A DNA stretch of 64,000 nucleotides, taken from assembly GCA_963851055.1 (NCBI GenBank), contig CAWKMY010000006.1:142965-206964 (forward strand), given 5' to 3'. The translations under genes and the position numbers were made by a program. This DNA is from an uncultured bacterium (GTDB lineage: Bacteria > Patescibacteriota > Minisyncoccia > Phycocordibacterales > PALSA-1337). Shown here piece after piece: positions 19,335 to 28,411 of this stretch (position 1 is the first letter of the stretch; every line of letters begins with the position of its first letter). The notes under the pieces are model-generated. The model was not told the DNA's origin. It was given only the letters and a program-made list of their open reading frames with translations, and ran no database searches.

Positions 19335-20109
19335 CCCTTGTTCTCTTTATAGTTAATGCAAACGCCCCAGTTCTCATATCCTTACCTATTCTGTCAGCCA
19401 GCGACCTCATATAAGTGCCGCTAGAGCATTTAACGAGGATTTTTACGGCCTTGAATTCTTGGCTAGGTTTGTCTAGAACTTCTTTCCAGTGTCGCTTAAT
19501 CATCTCCTGTCTGAAGTCACCTTTAACCAAATCAATTGATTTAAATGTCTGTTCTTTTAATTCAGCGGCGCTTATAACTCTTTGACCCAACAAATCTATC
19601 GAATAAATCTCCACTTCTTTTGTCGGCATTTCTTCAGGTAATTCGCCTTTGCGAGCTAGAGAATGTAATTGCTCGCCCCTGAAAGTCTTCGAAGAATAAG
19701 CCGGATAATCTTGTTCGAATTTGCCCACATATTTTTTTAATCCCACTTCAGTTAACTGAAGTGCCTCAGAATTCAAATCACCGACTTCTTCTGTCAGTGT
19801 GTCGGCGCCAGTCAATAAGCCCTTGCTTAACTGAGCCATTCCCAATGCATCATAAGTGTCTGTGCTAATCCCAAATACGATTTCCACCTCATATTCTTTG
19901 TCTAAACCTAGATATTTTTCCTTATTTTTACATTCATCGCCGACCAAAATGATCATCACTCCTTCAGCCATAGGGTCGAGCCTACCGGCATAAGTCATTG
20001 GCATATTTGCAGAAATTCCGCTTTCAGTGCGCACGCGCCCCAAACATTCAAGCGGAGTCTCACCGACTTTTTTGTACGCAATCATTTTGCCATCATTTTT
20101 ACTTTCCAT
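19309..20109 (-). CDS. truB: tRNA pseudouridine(55) synthase TruB
   Basis: Catalytic Asp motif GRLDPMAEGVMIILVG, plus the TruB core. Confidence 0.85.
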   Translation of the reverse strand: MESKNDGKMIAYKKVGETPLECLGRVRTESGISANMPMTYAGRLDPMAEGVMIILVGDECKNKEKYLGLDKEYEVEIVFGISTDTYDALGMAQLSKGLLTGADTLTEEVGDLNSEALQLTEVGLKKYVGKFEQDYPAYSSKTFRGEQLHSLARKGELPEEMPTKEVEIYSIDLLGQRVISAAELKEQTFKSIDLVKGDFRQEMIKRHWKEVLDKPSQEFKAVKILVKCSSGTYMRSLADRIGKDMRTGAFALTIKRTRVISSTNPV

Positions 20110-20124
20110 TTATTCTTTTCTATC

Positions 20125-21099
20125 TTATTTCCAGTGCGTATTTATGTATTCTTGGGCTTCGCTCATGGAAAAAGGTTGCGTCGAATTGCCTACGCGCACG
20201 AAGAATTCTTCTTTTTTATCTGCGCCTTGTAGGTATGCCGGCTTATGACTTTCTCTGACATTGACCACACAGACATCCCTGTCATCTATCTTCTCGAAAT
20301 TGACGCTAACATATTTTGCAAAAGGTAATCCGATAGTGGTTTTTATAAGCATGCTCAAATGATTTTCGAAACCATCACGATTCTTTTTCGGTAAAGCCTT
20401 ATAGTCTTTATCCAATCCGGTTATGGTGCCATTGTCGCCTACCCCTATTAGCAGAGTTCCTCCATCTGAATTAAGGAAACCGACTATAGTCTTCAGAACC
20501 ATACGTTCCATCTCGCGGCTGACCTCGCCTTTACGTACGTCATAGCGCAATGTCTCTTTGAATTCTACGAACAATCCCTCGCCTTGCTCTATGAGCGCAT
20601 GGGCGTCGTGAGTGATCAGTCGGCCTGATGCTCCATGCACTGATTGTTTGATGATATGCAGATATTCCTCGAAGTTGCCGACATTCTTTATCTTCGTCGT
20701 GCGGCCATCCGCGTGTTCCAGGATTATTGTGGCGTGATAGATCATCCTTGAAAGGGGTGATTGGTATAATTCCACTGACGTTACGTCAGCCAAGCTGACG
20801 GATTTGCGTCGGCGGAACATGAGCCCCGATTTTCTGATGATCTCTTTTTCATCTATCTCATAATGCGAGAAATACCAGTCGATGAATAGGAGGAGGATAT
20901 ATACCAACTGGAATAGAGAGAAAATCAGTATTAAGAACACGTGGAAAGTCAGATATCTCTGTAATATCCAAGAATTGTAAAGCTCCTCGTAATTTTCCGC
21001 GAATTTAGCGAAATATACTAGGACGGCGGCCACAGCTTCCATAATGAGAACGTTCCTGATGAATACAAGAGGCCCTTCTTTGACTATAATACGTCGCAT
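20125..21099 (-). CDS. Membrane bPH(YdbT-like)-AlbA_2/Schlafen-like domain fusion protein
   Basis: The track ORF over-extends across rplS, so the start is set at ATG 21099 (MRRIIVKEG). The N-terminus has 2 TM plus a bPH-like block. The C-terminus has AlbA_2 signatures (FVEFKETL..., GFLNSDGGTLLIGVGDNG). Confidence 0.6.
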   Translation of the reverse strand: MRRIIVKEGPLVFIRNVLIMEAVAAVLVYFAKFAENYEELYNSWILQRYLTFHVFLILIFSLFQLVYILLLFIDWYFSHYEIDEKEIIRKSGLMFRRRKSVSLADVTSVELYQSPLSRMIYHATIILEHADGRTTKIKNVGNFEEYLHIIKQSVHGASGRLITHDAHALIEQGEGLFVEFKETLRYDVRKGEVSREMERMVLKTIVGFLNSDGGTLLIGVGDNGTITGLDKDYKALPKKNRDGFENHLSMLIKTTIGLPFAKYVSVNFEKIDDRDVCVVNVRESHKPAYLQGADKKEEFFVRVGNSTQPFSMSEAQEYINTHWK

Positions 21100-21160
21100 G
21101 TGCCTATAATACCACGCTGTTCTTGATTCTTGGTGCCCTCTATGATAAGCTCCTTTCACT

Positions 21161-21619
21161 ATGGCAACCAAAGTGGTCTCAACAGCTAACGTAAAGCATC
21201 GCTCCGAACTGGACGTCCGTCCGGGCGACACCGTGCGTGTCTGGCAGAAGATCGAGGAAGATAAGGGCAAGTTCCGCCTACAGGCTTTCGAAGGCATTAT
21301 TCTTGCACGTAAACACGGCAAAGAAGCCGGCGGTACTTTCACTGTTCGTAAAGTCATCGACGGCATCGGCGTTGAGCGCATTTTCCCATTGTATTCTCCT
21401 ATGATAGATGAGATCGAACTAGTCCGTCGCTCCAAGGTTCGCCGCGCCAAACTCTACTTCGTCCGTGAAAAGGCCGCCAAGGAGATCCGTCGTCAAATGC
21501 GTCGCATCATGGCGGCAAAGTATGAAGAGGAAGTTGTGCCAGCAGCAGTTGCTCCAGTAGCCGAGGCCGCTAAGGAAGCCGTAGCTGAAGCTCCAAAGAA
21601 AGAAGCTACGAAAAAATAA
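21161..21619 (+). CDS. rplS: 50S ribosomal protein L19 with Ala/Glu/Lys-rich C-terminal extension
   Basis: bL19 core ([14 protein letters not shown]...[18 protein letters not shown]) followed by about 35 extra residues. Confidence 0.9.
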   Translation: MATKVVSTANVKHRSELDVRPGDTVRVWQKIEEDKGKFRLQAFEGIILARKHGKEAGGTFTVRKVIDGIGVERIFPLYSPMIDEIELVRRSKVRRAKLYFVREKAAKEIRRQMRRIMAAKYEEEVVPAAVAPVAEAAKEAVAEAPKKEATKK

Positions 21620-21716
21620 AATTTAATCCAGCCTACTCAAAGATACGGCCACTCGGCCTATTTTTGTTAAAATTAATTGGTAGACGCTATTACCTTGAGG
21701 CTGATATAATGCATTA

Positions 21717-22499
21717 ATGGGAAAAAGAGGTCCAAAACCAAAAGGGAAGGTCAAGATCAAGTGGTCGGCTAATTTCGCTTATGCTATAGGGCTTATAGCC
21801 ACTGATGGGTGTGTCTCTGGTAATGGTCGCACAGTCGCCTTTGTCTCCAAAGATCTCGAGCAGATCAAGAATTTTATGGCATGTCTGAAGATCAAAAACA
21901 AGATCGGTAAGACCTTTTCTGGTTACAAGGGAAGTGTGGCTTACAGGGTCCAGTTTGGAGGTATTGATTTTGTGGAATTTCTGGAAAGCATAGGCATAGG
22001 GCCGGCCAAATCATTGACGATCGGCCCATTGAACATTCCAGACAAGTATTTCTTCGACTTCTTGAGGGGATGTTTTGATGGGGACGGTTACACCCATAGT
22101 TATTGGGATAAACGTTGGAAGTCTAGCTTCATGTTTTATCTAGGGTTCGTCTCAGCGAGCCCATCATTCATATATTGGTTGAAAAGAAAGATACGAGAAC
22201 TAGCTAATATTGAAGGACATATCACCCGAGCATACAAAAAGCGTATGTGTTTTCAATTAAAATATTCAAAATATGACGCCGCGAGACTGGTAGGGAAAAT
22301 GTATGCTCGACTAGGCTGCGTTTGCCTTGGCCGTAAAAGGTTGAAAATAAAGGCTACTTTAGCTATGATGATACAATCCCCTAGTGAAGCTCGTTATTTG
22401 ACCGTTGAAAGGCGCAGGTGGCGGAACTGGTATACGCGTGCGTTTGAGGGGCGCATGCCGAAAGGCTTGGGGGTTCAACTCCCCCCCTGCGCACATTAA
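21717..22499 (+). CDS. Double-motif LAGLIDADG homing endonuclease
   Basis: Two LAGLIDADG motifs (AIGLIATDGCV and FLRGCFDGDGY). The ORF only terminates after reading through tRNA-Leu. Confidence 0.75.
   Translation: MGKRGPKPKGKVKIKWSANFAYAIGLIATDGCVSGNGRTVAFVSKDLEQIKNFMACLKIKNKIGKTFSGYKGSVAYRVQFGGIDFVEFLESIGIGPAKSLTIGPLNIPDKYFFDFLRGCFDGDGYTHSYWDKRWKSSFMFYLGFVSASPSFIYWLKRKIRELANIEGHITRAYKKRMCFQLKYSKYDAARLVGKMYARLGCVCLGRKRLKIKATLAMMIQSPSEARYLTVERRRWRNWYTRAFEGRMPKGLGVQLPPCAH
22412..22493 (+). tRNA. tRNA-Leu (anticodon GAG)
   Basis: Type II tRNA with acceptor GCGCAGG/CCTGCGC, a 3-bp D stem, anticodon loop TTGAGGG, a long variable arm, and T-arm GGGGG-TTCAACT-CCCCC. Confidence 0.8.
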
Positions 22500-22516
22500 A
22501 AATTATCTAGAGGTGC

Positions 22517-22588
22517 GCTCCCGTAGTTTAATGGATAGAACACGAGCCTCCGAAGTTCGTGGTCCAGGTTCGATTCCTGGTGGGAGCA
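22517..22588 (+). tRNA. tRNA-Arg (anticodon CCG)
   Basis: Acceptor GCTCCCG/TGGGAGC, anticodon loop CTCCGAA, T-loop GGTTCGATTCC. Confidence 0.85.
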
Positions 22589-22614
22589 CAAATTCGCGAA
22601 AAAGTCGTTGTTCT

Positions 22615-22959
22615 CTATGACTGGACGATGGTGCTCATAGCTTTCCAGTGCTTTTTGATATCTTGCGCCAGTGAATCTATCTCTGTCTGGCCGGCCATCT
22701 TTCTTTTCTTGTATGCCATGGCAACGGTGTCGACGATCTTATTATAAGCAGACTCGCTAACTTCCTGCACACCCTCTAGCTTCTCCACCACATCACCCTT
22801 CATCTTGATAGCCCAAGCCTTTGTTTGTTTCTGATGCTTTTTTCCTTTTGGTCCCAAGAAGAAGTAAGCTGCAGCCAGACCGGCAAGACTTGCCCCTATG
22901 ATGCCGGCTCGTGCCATATTCGAACCACTTTTCTTTGTGCTATTTGTTTTGTTTTTCAT
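22615..22959 (-). CDS. YtxH-domain protein
   Basis: N-terminal TM (GIIGASLAGLAAAYFFLGPKGKK) then a helical region. The start was moved to ATG 22959. Confidence 0.55.
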   Translation of the reverse strand: MKNKTNSTKKSGSNMARAGIIGASLAGLAAAYFFLGPKGKKHQKQTKAWAIKMKGDVVEKLEGVQEVSESAYNKIVDTVAMAYKKRKMAGQTEIDSLAQDIKKHWKAMSTIVQS

Positions 22960-23221
22960 TGTTTTTATGATTATTATGATTATTGGTTCTAAATGGTGGA
23001 AAGAACAGCCGGAAAATGACATTATGTTCCAGGCGCTCTTTTAGTTCCGCTATGAATTCACCCGATTCTCTGTATCCATCTTTCAGAGCTTCGGAAAGCT
23101 TATAAAGATTTCTGCTAGCTTTGATGAGATATACGAGGAGTATAGAGAGTAGGATTCCAAGCACTACTGTGGCTACGGAAGATATGAAAAAGAATATGTC
23201 GGCCTTCATAAATGTTTCCAT
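22940..23221 (-). CDS. DUF948-like small membrane protein
   Basis: Single N-terminal TM plus a helical tail. Pairing with a YtxH gene is a common arrangement. Confidence 0.4.
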   Translation of the reverse strand: METFMKADIFFFISSVATVVLGILLSILLVYLIKASRNLYKLSEALKDGYRESGEFIAELKERLEHNVIFRLFFPPFRTNNHNNHKNNEKQNK

Positions 23222-23271
23222 ATACGTTTAGCCGAGCGGAACATCTTCTCATTACGGGTTATACTTAAACG

Positions 23272-23829
23272 ATGCTATATACCCGCAAAGGCGATACTGG
23301 TACGACCAAGGATTTTCGGTCAAGTCCCGGCCAGCGCAAGTCAAAGTCGTCCTGCCAGACCGAGTCTCTCGGGGCATTGGACGAGCTCAATTCATTTCTT
23401 GGTCTAGTCAAAGTGAAGTCCGATGGTGTTGATTGGAAAGTAAACAGTAAATCATTCGTCGATATCGTTCACTGGACTCAGAATTGTCTGTTTTCAGTCC
23501 AGGCTGAAGTGGCAGGCGCGAATAAGCGGACCGGTGAAGAGAAGGTCAAAGAGATGGAAGACCTGATAGATGCCATGGAAAAGGAGATGCCACCTATAAA
23601 GACTTTCTTCATCTCCGGTGGCACTGAGCTCGCGGCCCTATTCGATATATCTCGCACTCTTGCCCGCAAAGCAGAGCGCCGGGCCGTGGCAGCCGTTGAA
23701 GCGGAGGAGATAGTTCTAGGTCCTGTTACACTCGCTTTTCTCAACCGTCTATCATCGCTCATGTATGCTCTCGCTAGACTAAGCAACCATAAATCTGGTA
23801 TAACTGAGCGACCGCCTACTTACGAGTAG
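23272..23829 (+). CDS. ATP:cob(I)alamin adenosyltransferase, PduO type
   Basis: The N-terminal motif YTRKGDTGTT and the helical-bundle remainder. Confidence 0.8.
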   Translation: MLYTRKGDTGTTKDFRSSPGQRKSKSSCQTESLGALDELNSFLGLVKVKSDGVDWKVNSKSFVDIVHWTQNCLFSVQAEVAGANKRTGEEKVKEMEDLIDAMEKEMPPIKTFFISGGTELAALFDISRTLARKAERRAVAAVEAEEIVLGPVTLAFLNRLSSLMYALARLSNHKSGITERPPTYE

Positions 23830-23843
23830 AACGGTTACAACAT

Positions 23844-23916
23844 GGTGCCTATGGTGTAATGGTTAGCACTAGAGCTTGTGGAGCTTTCAGTTCGGGTTCG
23901 AATCCCGATAGGCACC
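23844..23916 (+). tRNA. tRNA-His (anticodon GTG) with encoded G-1
   Basis: An extra 5' G precedes acceptor GTGCCTA/TAGGCAC. Anticodon loop TTGTGGA, T-loop GGTTCGAATCC. Confidence 0.85.
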
Positions 23917-23991
23917 CACTAAAAGAATAAGAGACCGGAAGGGGATGGAGAAGGTGTTAATTTGAACTAATTTCAATTATGCGTATTCTAA

Positions 23992-24873
23992 TCAATAGCT
24001 TGGAATCACTTTGTCAATAAATTGACTTGGCGTTTTCAAATTTAAGCCGAAGTGAAGGCGTTTTTCGTTGTAATACGGAATGTATACTTTTAACGCTTTG
24101 TTGAGTGCATAGACAGTCTTCTCTACTTTGTCCACACATTCCTCCTGCACTGTGCGATTGAATCGTTCGATATGCGCATTGTCATTTGGTTTACCGATGC
24201 GGGTATATCGATGATTCTTTTTGACTTGTTCAACAAACCAATCACCGAATTCTGGTCCATGATCTGATTGCAACATTTGAAACTGGAATGATGCGTGTAT
24301 CTGTGCCTCTCTCACAAACTTCAAACTATTCCTACCTCCGATTTTTTCATATGCTTTTGCATACACCCATCTCGAATACACATCGATGAGAACGTATATG
24401 TATATTCTTCTCTTGCCATCAACCATGAGGTGTATGGTGTCGATCTGCACCAAATCGCCTGGTTTAAGGGGTATTGGACGATCCTGGTGAGGATGGAATC
24501 GTTTGTACGGACTGCGCTTCTTCAGGAGTCCCATGCGATCAAGCGTACGCTTTACTGAAGCAAGAGATACTCCGGTCCCTTCATTCTTGAGCTCTTGACG
24601 AACCACTTCAGCACTTCGTCTGATGAGCAGTCTCTTGTGGAAGATCTTCCAGATCAAATCATCATTTAATTGTCTGGGGTGATGCTTTGGTCTTGATGAG
24701 AGAGTTGGTATGGGGTGGATTCCATACGTCACCGCTTTCTTCGACCACTTAACAATGACGCTTTGACTGAATCCAAAGTGACGAGCAACCTTTCTTGTTG
24801 ACCATCCTCTTCTGACAAGCTCTGCAGCATCTCTCCTGATGCGAGGCATGTGTTTGTTTGATGTATATGGCAT
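23992..24873 (-). CDS. IS481-family DDE transposase (HTH + rve)
   Basis: N-terminal HTH and rve-core residues (VQIDTIHL, IDVYSRW, LQSDHGPEF, NAHIERFNRTVQEE). Confidence 0.8.
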   Translation of the reverse strand: MPYTSNKHMPRIRRDAAELVRRGWSTRKVARHFGFSQSVIVKWSKKAVTYGIHPIPTLSSRPKHHPRQLNDDLIWKIFHKRLLIRRSAEVVRQELKNEGTGVSLASVKRTLDRMGLLKKRSPYKRFHPHQDRPIPLKPGDLVQIDTIHLMVDGKRRIYIYVLIDVYSRWVYAKAYEKIGGRNSLKFVREAQIHASFQFQMLQSDHGPEFGDWFVEQVKKNHRYTRIGKPNDNAHIERFNRTVQEECVDKVEKTVYALNKALKVYIPYYNEKRLHFGLNLKTPSQFIDKVIPSY

Positions 24874-24924
24874 ATGGAATCATCCTACGACCTGGGGTGA
24901 TTCCAAGCTATTGAACCATTACGA
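23992..24924 (-). mobile_element. IS481-like insertion sequence with perfect 18-bp terminal inverted repeats
   Basis: TCAATAGCTTGGAATCAC at 23992-24009 is the exact reverse complement of 24907-24924. The repeats bracket one DDE transposase ORF. No clear target-site duplication was seen. Confidence 0.7.
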
Positions 24925-25086
24925 TTATGTTGACATTTGTCATAATTACTGTATAGTTTGAAAAGAAATTGAGTCCCAACATACTTATGTTTTACGGTAG
25001 TATTCTGTCTATTTATTGTAGATAGAGTACTGCTGTAAGAGCAGAACGGATGCATGAAGCACCGTTAACCTGAAAGAGGTAATAGT

Positions 25087-25554
25087 ATGTTCGGAAAAAT
25101 AAAAAACACAGCCAGCAAAACAGATAACTACTTATTGGAAATGGCCAGGGCAATGCTTGAAGAGACCCTCAAACATGAAGTCCTCATACTCCAGTCAAAA
25201 TTAGTTTACGAGAAACCGTTCGATCCTTATAAGGATAAAAGTCAGTGGATTATCGCCGCAAGGAAGTTTTCATCGGAGGCGCGAGATGTGAGACTTGATC
25301 TCCTTTATCGGTCGAGCGAACCTACTGGAGGTGAGAAATCGGTAGTTATCGAGTTCACTTTGGCCAAGGAGACGACCAGTTATAGCTGGGATATCTTACG
25401 GGCATTTTTGCACTTTCCTGAAAGTCCTGGAGTTGAAGGGAAACGCGTTGGTTATTTTTTTGGTATCGACGCCGGAGCAGATAATGCATCTGATAAAATT
25501 AAAGGCCTTTCCTTAATCCTTCGGGGCATGGCAAGGTTTGTGCAGATTAAATAG
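25087..25554 (+). CDS. Hypothetical protein
   Basis: A 155-aa ORF in the AT-rich patch. No recognised motif. Confidence 0.4.
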   Translation: MFGKIKNTASKTDNYLLEMARAMLEETLKHEVLILQSKLVYEKPFDPYKDKSQWIIAARKFSSEARDVRLDLLYRSSEPTGGEKSVVIEFTLAKETTSYSWDILRAFLHFPESPGVEGKRVGYFFGIDAGADNASDKIKGLSLILRGMARFVQIK

Positions 25555-25601
25555 CCGAAGTAAATTTCAAGTCGTATCGTAAGCAATTGCGATACGATTT
25601 T

Positions 25602-26030
25602 TTATTTGTAATTAACAATAAACCCAACCTTCTCCTCCACCTCCTCCATATAATCCCAATCTACCAAAAGAGAAATAAGAGGCCGAAAGGGACCCAATTT
25701 AGGGTTTATTATAAAGTCAGAAGATACGTTGTTATCAATGGGTTTTTCAGATTCGTGAGTTTTGTAAGTTACGGCTTTTTCTTGCATCAGTCCTTCAAAT
25801 AAAGGAGTGTAACAATATTTTATTATAATCCCGTCTTTCACCTCAAAACGGTCGAAAAAGAAGCTGATAAACTTTTTCTGAAGTCGCTCATCAGCTCGCA
25901 TATACACATTGTAAATATCTTTCGTGAAGCTAAGAATCTCGCTCACTATATCAATGTTCACTTCCTTTGTTTTATCCAATGTGGCAATCTGAGCATTAAC
26001 ACTAGCCAGAGAGCGTTTGTTAATGCTCAT
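25602..26030 (-). pseudogene. Possible C-terminal remnant of a large serine recombinase
   Basis: Its tail (QKKFISFFFDRFEVKDGIIIKYCYTPLFEGL) resembles the conserved C-terminal end of large serine recombinases. No catalytic resolvase domain lies upstream. Confidence 0.3.
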
Positions 26031-26203
26031 ATATAGTGCATCACAGAAAAAGCACGTCGGAATATAGATACTTGGACCATGCAATATGGAAATGAAGAGT
26101 TTATGAAATTTAAGGCGGAAGAATTGTTTGCGGGCGAAGCTCTTGACATTGTGTTTTCATACATGGGGAGGTAAAATTGAATAGTAGTTAGGGTTAACAT
26201 TTT

Positions 26204-26689
26204 ATGCAAATAGCACCTATTCCTGAAAATGAAATAGAGAGATTGGAAGTTGTTCATAAAATGGCTATTTTGGATTCAAAACCAGAACCAAGGTTTGATG
26301 CCTTAACAAGAGAAGCTGTAGAAAAATTGAAAGTCCCAATGTCTATGATTAGTATACTGGATAAAGATAGGGAATGGTTTAAATCATGTATTGGTTTAGA
26401 CCAGAAGGAAGGTGACAGATCTGTATCGTTTTGTGGGCATGCATTACTTACCAAAGATATTTTTATTATTGAGGATACCTTGAAAGATGAGCGTTTTGCG
26501 GATAATCCTATGGTTACTGGTTTCCCATTTATTAGATTTTATGCAGGTATAGCTCTTCTAGAAAATAAAACGAGCCAAGCTATTGGAGTTTTTTGTGTAA
26601 AAGATACAAAACCAAGAAAACTTAGCATGGAAGAGACTTCTATTCTTATTGACTTAGCAGAACGTGCAGAAAAAGAGCTTAATAAATAA
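26204..26689 (+). CDS. Stand-alone GAF-domain protein
   Basis: GAF pattern: ERLEVVHKMAILDSKPEPRFDALT..., FCGHALL, FYAGIAL, IGVFCVKD. Confidence 0.75.
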   Translation: MQIAPIPENEIERLEVVHKMAILDSKPEPRFDALTREAVEKLKVPMSMISILDKDREWFKSCIGLDQKEGDRSVSFCGHALLTKDIFIIEDTLKDERFADNPMVTGFPFIRFYAGIALLENKTSQAIGVFCVKDTKPRKLSMEETSILIDLAERAEKELNK

Positions 26690-26708
26690 ATTGAAGATTT
26701 TGACAATT

Positions 26709-26906
26709 ATGAATAAAACAAAAAGACAATTTGAATGGGCTATCAGTTTCTGGATAGGAGTCGCTTTGATGTGCTTGATAAATGTTTGGAAAATTACTCA
26801 AAATCAGCATGCGATTTCATACTCTTGGATTGAGTTTGGGGTTTCTATAGTTTTTATAATCATTTGCCTCATCGTAATCGGTATAAAAGGAAAGAAAGAA
26901 ATTTAG
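26709..26906 (+). CDS. Small hypothetical membrane protein
   Basis: Two predicted TM helices. The start was chosen at the internal ATG. Weak support. Confidence 0.3.
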   Translation: MNKTKRQFEWAISFWIGVALMCLINVWKITQNQHAISYSWIEFGVSIVFIIICLIVIGIKGKKEI

Positions 26907-26953
26907 GTCACAACGTTAGGAAATGATTCAGTCCCTCGCTCGGCTGTAGTAAC

Positions 26954-27613
26954 ATGGAAGAAAGCAAAGTAAAGAGGAGAAATCGCATCGAATGGCCGCA
27001 GGAGAGGATCCTGGGTTTTACTGATGGGGTTTTTGCTTTCGCCATCACCCTACTCGTCCTGAACTTGATCGCTCTGCCTGTACCGGCCGGCAATCGGTCG
27101 CTCATACCTCTTTTCCGCGAAAGCTTGCCGGCGCTCATCAGCTTCGGCCTGACATTCTTCATCATCGCCCGTTTCTGGATGTCGCATACCAGACTTTTCG
27201 CCATCATAAAGAAGTACGACAGCACCACGGTTAAACTGAACAATACCTTATTATTCTTGGTCACCACCTTTCCATTCGTTGCCTCTGTCTTCGGTACTCA
27301 TATAGGCGACACGGACGCCGTCGTCATGTACGCGAGCTGTTTCGCGGCCATAGGTATCCTCCAGTATCTGATCGGCCGGCATGCGCATAAGAAGCAGTTG
27401 TTCATAAGCGACAATTTCAATGATAATTTTCTGAAGATATTCACTTTCTTCAGCCTAAGCACGCCTATAGTGTTCATAGTATCCATTCCGGCAGCTTTCA
27501 TATCGCCATTCTTTGCCGAAGGCCTATGGGCGTTGCTCCTCTTTCTCCGTATCGGGTTTAGATACTATTACAGAAATAATTCTGCGGATGAGATAGAGAT
27601 AGATGAATTGTAA
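26954..27613 (+). CDS. TMEM175/DUF1211-family potassium channel
   Basis: Signature RILGFTDGVFAFAITLLVLNL (the RxxxFSD-type helix 1) and six TM segments. Confidence 0.75.
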   Translation: MEESKVKRRNRIEWPQERILGFTDGVFAFAITLLVLNLIALPVPAGNRSLIPLFRESLPALISFGLTFFIIARFWMSHTRLFAIIKKYDSTTVKLNNTLLFLVTTFPFVASVFGTHIGDTDAVVMYASCFAAIGILQYLIGRHAHKKQLFISDNFNDNFLKIFTFFSLSTPIVFIVSIPAAFISPFFAEGLWALLLFLRIGFRYYYRNNSADEIEIDEL

Positions 27614-27654
27614 TCTCGGATTTAGATTTTGCTATTTTGCTATACTTACTCCGT

Positions 27655-28344
27655 ATGCAATTCATCCACGCCACCGATTCCAAAGAGGGAACTCATGCCC
27701 TAGCAGACAAGGTCATCTCCTTTTTGAATAGCGGGGAGAATGTCCTGTGGCTCATTCCAGGCGGCTCTAATATACCGATATCGGTTGAAGCCATGAACAT
27801 TATTTGCGAGAAAGTCAGGACAGATTCATTTCAAAAATCTTACGATCACTTTGACAGATGAACGTTATGGAGAAATTGGTCACAAGGATTCAAATTGGAA
27901 ACAACTTGCCGTCGCCGGCATGGATTTTGATAATCTGAACAAGTCGGGCGTTCAGATGATTCCAGTTCTAGACGGATCATCTCTAAATGATACTGTTGCA
28001 AGGTTCGGCTATGAAGTCGAAAAAGCTGTGAAGTCCGCTGATGACATCGTCGGCCAGTTCGGCATCGGATCTGACGGGCATATTGCCGGCATATTGCCGC
28101 ATTCGTCGGCTGTATCAGAAACCTCATCAACGTGCGGCTATGAAAGCGGAACTTTCACCAGGATCACTCTGACGCCACCCATTCTCAAGCAGATCGATGT
28201 CGCCTACTCTTTTGTCTCCGGTGCCTCAAAAAAGGCCGCAGTTGAGACTTGCGTGATAGTGTTTTGCCTTTAGATGAACAGCCTGCCCAAATCCTAAAAA
28301 GCATTCCTGAAGCTTATCTGTATACGGATCAAATGGTATTCTGA
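27655..28344 (+). pseudogene. pgl: 6-phosphogluconolactonase / glucosamine-6-P isomerase family gene with two frame breaks
   Basis: Family motifs are spread over three frames: LIPGGSNIP (frame A), KNLTITLTDERYG...GSDGHIAG (frame B), and the C-terminal LPLDEQPAQIL... (frame C). The breaks lie near 27826-27840 and 28245-28260. Confidence 0.6.
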
Positions 28345-28411
28345 TTCAGAAGATTCTCTGCTATAATGTCTCCCATATCAATTAAGGTCGCAAGACCGCA
28401 AATTTAATATC

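Noticed and set aside
20125-21450. The 441-aa version of the minus-strand ORF, extending over the rplS 5' half.
   Set aside because: The extra 117 N-terminal codons are antisense to the well-supported rplS gene and are low-complexity. The conserved protein begins at ATG 21099.
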